In this document: positions 60,338-64,000 of the stretch, one piece after another
Layout of the letters: every line of letters begins with the position of its first letter
Position numbering within the stretch: the first letter of the stretch is position 1
Origin: a virus
Taxonomy: Duplodnaviria; Caudoviricetes
Direction: 5' to 3' (one strand)
Virus record (IMG/VR): IMGVR_UViG_3300037312_000330
Location: 128,001 to 192,000 of that record
DNA length: 64,000 nt
Translations under genes and position numbers: made by a program
Notes under the pieces: generated by a model
Database searches by the model: none
What the model was told of the DNA's origin: nothing
Seen by the model: the letters and a program-made list of their open reading frames with translations, nothing else

Positions 60338-61027
60338 ATGAACATCATGTTCCTGAACGGAGCGGGTGGCACTGGCAAGTCCAGTATCCTGCGTGAGATC
60401 GAAGCACTGCGCCAGAAGAACGGCAAACTGCTGGTGCATACTCTGTACAGCAGCACGCGCGAATCGTATGCGCAACTTGGTATCTCCAACGAGACGTCCA
60501 GTATCGACATGGATGATGAGACGCGTATTCGCCTTCAGTTGACAATCATGGACAACGAACGTGCTGCCATCCGCAAGAAGGTAGAGGAGATCCGCGGTCG
60601 AGAGGGTTACATGGGATACGATCTGCTGGTGGTTGATCGTGGTCCGATGGACCGCATGGCCTACTACCTGCTGACCATGATGCAGTGCTCCAAAGGAGCG
60701 TGCGCTCCGTTCTTCGACATGCTACGTCGCAACGCGCAGTTCATCAAAGAACTAGCCCCAGGACACGTGATCCAAATCGACTTCACCTATCCGGTGCATT
60801 GGGACACCAAGGATGGCTTCAGGCAGGAGAACGAGTTCCAAACATTGGCGCTCAGTCTCATGACCAGCAACATCCTACAGAGATACGCGGCGGGCACTGG
60901 CTATAAGACGGCGTTCTGGTACGATCACGACTTCGCAACGCACAAGGGCGCAGAGCAGAAGGCGAAGGCCATCATGGAGCGCTACACTCACCTGTGGCCG
61001 TTCGGTCCTGACTATAGCTGGGTGTGA
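60338..61027 (+). CDS. P-loop nucleotide kinase-like protein (dNMP kinase/AAA_28-like)
   Basis: FLNGAGGTGKSS; LVVDRGPMDRMAY. Confidence 0.7.
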   Translation: MNIMFLNGAGGTGKSSILREIEALRQKNGKLLVHTLYSSTRESYAQLGISNETSSIDMDDETRIRLQLTIMDNERAAIRKKVEEIRGREGYMGYDLLVVDRGPMDRMAYYLLTMMQCSKGACAPFFDMLRRNAQFIKELAPGHVIQIDFTYPVHWDTKDGFRQENEFQTLALSLMTSNILQRYAAGTGYKTAFWYDHDFATHKGAEQKAKAIMERYTHLWPFGPDYSWV

Positions 61028-61034
61028 GGAGACT

Positions 61035-62069
61035 ATCATCGAATACATTGGCATCGGTGATCTACATGGAGACAAGATGGATGGCATTGTAGCGGATGCC
61101 AATACCAAGATCATCAAGAGCGTTCGCAAGTGCTTCAAATATGCCGTAGAACGCGGTATCCGTGATGTCATCTTCTATGGGGACTTGTGCGAGAAAGCTC
61201 GAATGAGCTACGAGTTCCAGGTTGCCCTATACACGTTGCTTCTGGATACCAAGTGGCGTGATCTGCGTATGCACTTTATCCTTGGAAACCATGACTTCCA
61301 AGAGAACGGCAGTCACAGCCTTGAAGTATTGAAGGTGGTGTCAAATCTGACAACTAACCACATCCGTGTGTACACAGAGCAAACCCTTGTGAAGATCGGT
61401 GGACGCAAGTTCAACATGATGCCGCATCCTGTTCTGGATACACGTCGGGACAGTCTGAACATCGGCCACTTTGAAGTAAAGAACAGCTACAGGGACAATG
61501 GAAGACAGATCGACCACGGATTCACCACCCCTCATAAATGCTGCGTGGGTCATCTCCACACCAACCACAGAGTGCGAAGGGTACATTACAGCGGAACGCT
61601 CTATCAGACAAACTTCGGAGAGTCGTTGCCAAAGTACTTCCATCACGTCCGGTACGAAGACGATGACCCTTACGCTGCCGAAGTTGAGAACGTACCGTTT
61701 GAGCCACCTTGGAAGCTACTCAATTTGGAGGTAGAAACCGAGGAAGATCTACTTAAGATTGAGAACGATCCAGACACTCTATATAAGCTGTTCATCCACG
61801 AAGGATTGAATCTGGACATTGATGATGTTCTGCGTGAACACCCCAACGTAGTGCGGCACAATAAATTCAAGAACAAAGAGGATCTCAAGGAGCTTATAGA
61901 ACAAGAGTGGGACTTCTCCACAAACGCTTGGGCCGAGAAGGTGGATACGCGTGAGGTTCTCACCGAATACATGACCAAGAAGTCCGGTCTGAACAAGCAA
62001 GAAGTGAAGCGTGCGTTCAAACTGTTTGACCGCATTGTGAATAAACAAGTAGCTACTGTAGAGGAATGA
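61035..62069 (+). CDS. sbcD: SbcD/Mre11-like metallophosphoesterase nuclease (probable non-canonical start)
   Basis: IGIGDLH (upstream of first ATG), FYGDLCE, ILGNHD, GHFE, VGHLH...YSGT. Confidence 0.8.
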   Translation: MIEYIGIGDLHGDKMDGIVADANTKIIKSVRKCFKYAVERGIRDVIFYGDLCEKARMSYEFQVALYTLLLDTKWRDLRMHFILGNHDFQENGSHSLEVLKVVSNLTTNHIRVYTEQTLVKIGGRKFNMMPHPVLDTRRDSLNIGHFEVKNSYRDNGRQIDHGFTTPHKCCVGHLHTNHRVRRVHYSGTLYQTNFGESLPKYFHHVRYEDDDPYAAEVENVPFEPPWKLLNLEVETEEDLLKIENDPDTLYKLFIHEGLNLDIDDVLREHPNVVRHNKFKNKEDLKELIEQEWDFSTNAWAEKVDTREVLTEYMTKKSGLNKQEVKRAFKLFDRIVNKQVATVEE

Positions 62070-62380
62070 ACATGACTATCCATTGTGTTGACCCGGCTCA
62101 TATCTATGAACTCGGTGGCGGACAAACTGTGCGCTTTCTCAAGAAGGAACGTGTCTCTCCAGAGAGCACAGAGCTCCGCCTCGTGTACGACGGAACAACC
62201 AACGAGGAACTACTGGAAGTGCTGATCGATCGCACACAGACACTACAAGTCAAGTTCCCGTGCGACGAGAATCTTGCGGCCCTGACGTACATGCACAAGG
62301 CACTCGCCGCCTTCAACGAGCGCACGCGTCGACGTCAAAGCCAGAATGTCGAAGGCACGGACAATCCTCATACATCGTGA
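62066..62380 (+). CDS. Tad1-like anti-defence signal-sponge candidate
   Basis: GTTNEELLEVLIDR...Q..FPCDENLAALT...AL...N.R...R...NVEGT. Confidence 0.65.
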   Translation: MNMTIHCVDPAHIYELGGGQTVRFLKKERVSPESTELRLVYDGTTNEELLEVLIDRTQTLQVKFPCDENLAALTYMHKALAAFNERTRRRQSQNVEGTDNPHTS

Positions 62381-62784
62381 AACCGATAGAACATATCTGG
62401 AAGACAGTAGCACTGGCTGGTGTCTATTTCGAGTACCAGCCAGATTGCTTCTATGCTATTGAACTTCCACGTGGATTCCGGTCCGTATCAAAGCCAACGG
62501 TTACCGATCTAGGCCCAGAGATAGCAGCGGCATTGGAGCCTCTAATTGGTGGAGTTCTGGACAACATTACAGAGATCCAAATTCAGCAATCCATAGAGTA
62601 TGTGCTGCGGAAGTATCGTGAAGTAGATGCTATTCTAGTGTGGGCTGACGAAGAGAGGGCCAATCCAGTTCTGATCGACACCATCGTAATGCGCAATGAA
62701 GGTGGTGGACGACTACGTGTCAGACCGTACTTCGATCCGGCAGAGATTATGGACGAGGCACTTGCCAAGGCAGGAATACCATGA
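62377..62784 (+). CDS. Hypothetical protein
   Basis: GTGA coupling. Confidence 0.65.
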   Translation: MKPIEHIWKTVALAGVYFEYQPDCFYAIELPRGFRSVSKPTVTDLGPEIAAALEPLIGGVLDNITEIQIQQSIEYVLRKYREVDAILVWADEERANPVLIDTIVMRNEGGGRLRVRPYFDPAEIMDEALAKAGIP

Positions 62785-63026
62785 GTCGGATGAAACAACA
62801 TCCTTCACGTTCGCTAGGTTTGCAAAGCCTGTACGAAGAGTCCGCTATCGCTGTACATAAGAGGTTCAAGCATTGTGCAGAAGCAACCGGGCAACTTGCA
62901 GAGTGGGAAGCAGAAGACAAAAGGCTTCGAGAGAAGTTCCAACGGACGCGTGACTTCATCAAGAAATACGGACAGCACACTCTAACGACCAACGCAGATG
63001 GCTACTACGAAGAAGCAATCACCTGA
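62781..63026 (+). CDS. Hypothetical protein
   Basis: ATGA coupling. Confidence 0.6.
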   Translation: MSRMKQHPSRSLGLQSLYEESAIAVHKRFKHCAEATGQLAEWEAEDKRLREKFQRTRDFIKKYGQHTLTTNADGYYEEAIT

Positions 63027-64000
63027 AAAGAGAGAATCTGTCGCAGCCGCGCAGTTCCACAACAAACACCGACCGAAGACACTGGACAGAGTGATTGGTC
63101 AGGAGGCCGCAGTCAAACGCCTGAAGGGCATCATTGAAAGTGGCAGGATCCCAAGCACCATGTTGTTCACAGGTCCACCTAGTGCGGGCAAGACCACCTT
63201 GGCGAGAGCCTTCTCAGCGGATCTGCTGGGCGTCAAGAACCTGAAGCACCACCCAGATTGGCATGAGCTAAACGGTGCTGCAGACGGTAACATTGACAAT
63301 GTCCGTAACGTGATGCGGATGGCACGATTGCGTCCCCGGCAAGGGAAGCGTCGAATCATCATGATCGACGAATGCCACGGACTGTCCGGCGCCAGTCTAG
63401 AAGCGGTGCTAAAACCTCTGGAAGAACCGAGCCCACTAACTCTGTTCATCCTGGGCACAAGCGAGCCAGAGAAACTGAAGAGCAGTTTGAAGACGCGTGG
63501 CTCACCGTTCGCACTGAAACCGTATTCGCGAGAAGAGATCACCAAATACGCCAAGAGGATCGTCAAAGCTGAAGGCATGGACTACATGTCCGACGAGTTG
63601 ATCGCAACGGCTGTGGAGAATGCCAACGGTGAACTCCGTACTCTGTGCCAGATCCTGGAAGCAGTGGTTCAGGGAGCAGGCAACAGCAAGAAGGTGTCCA
63701 AGGAAGACATCCTGCAGTCGCTGTCAACCATCGAGACAGATGACGCCAAGGTTGCAATGAACATCCTATACGAGACGTATAGCGGCAATTTGGAAGGCAT
63801 CTATAGACACCTGCTGGACACCACCGACGGATATCGGATGGTCACACTGTTGATCGGGTTCAACACATTCCTGATCAATGCCACTGTGCTCAAGGGCGAG
63901 AAGCATCGCAGCGTTTGGTGGAACAAGAACAACAAGGACATGTGGGAAGCAGTCAAGGAGATGAATGTGGGACTACGTCAAATGGCAGAAGTGCAGAGAC
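62998..64000 (+). CDS. dnaX: Clamp-loader AAA+ ATPase, DNA polymerase III gamma/tau-like (3' truncated; not in ORF track)
   Basis: KHRPKTLDRVIGQE, LFTGPPSAGKTTLAR, IMIDECHGL, LKPLEEP, FILGTSEPEKL. Confidence 0.9.
   Translation, partial: MATTKKQSPEKRESVAAAQFHNKHRPKTLDRVIGQEAAVKRLKGIIESGRIPSTMLFTGPPSAGKTTLARAFSADLLGVKNLKHHPDWHELNGAADGNIDNVRNVMRMARLRPRQGKRRIIMIDECHGLSGASLEAVLKPLEEPSPLTLFILGTSEPEKLKSSLKTRGSPFALKPYSREEITKYAKRIVKAEGMDYMSDELIATAVENANGELRTLCQILEAVVQGAGNSKKVSKEDILQSLSTIETDDAKVAMNILYETYSGNLEGIYRHLLDTTDGYRMVTLLIGFNTFLINATVLKGEKHRSVWWNKNNKDMWEAVKEMNVGLRQMAEVQR

Overview
A 64-kb segment of a large lytic dsDNA (jumbo-type) bacteriophage genome. It is gene-dense, almost entirely + strand (one short - strand operon at 27758-29605), with many ATGA/TAATG-coupled genes. 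The host is probably a proteobacterium (inferred from a sigma70-like promoter, Hfq and ACP). Blocks: (i) 1-4.7 kb small hypothetical genes; (ii) 4.7-13.9 kb two-subunit type IIA topoisomerase with a free-standing endonuclease between the subunits, an acyl carrier protein and class Ia ribonucleotide reductase; (iii) 13.9-20 kb Sm-like/methyltransferase/Hfq genes, an H1-like protein, an HNH-RHH fusion and a possible divergent sigma factor; (iv) 20-27.7 kb small accessory genes; (v) RuvC-like operon on the - strand; (vi) 29.7-49.7 kb probable virion/late cluster ending in a 1574-aa SNF2 helicase; (vii) 51-64 kb replication/recombination genes (PolA, gp32-like SSB, RecA, kinase, SbcD, Tad1-like protein, DnaX). 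Best leads: a shared N-terminal peptide tag M-[APST]-[IV]-x-[HNQK]-[RK]-[IV]-x-A on about 9 otherwise unrelated proteins of the late cluster, including a PolX-SWIM fusion and a Nudix hydrolase, plus two other shared internal peptides, which together suggest a capsid-cargo/processing code; an Hfq that keeps only its distal RNA-binding face; a Tad1-like anti-defence sponge inside the replication operon; and two recurring intergenic motifs ([CT]TGTAAAT and TA[AG]TTTGAT) that look like phage-specific promoters. All family assignments come from motif recognition by eye; no database search was run.
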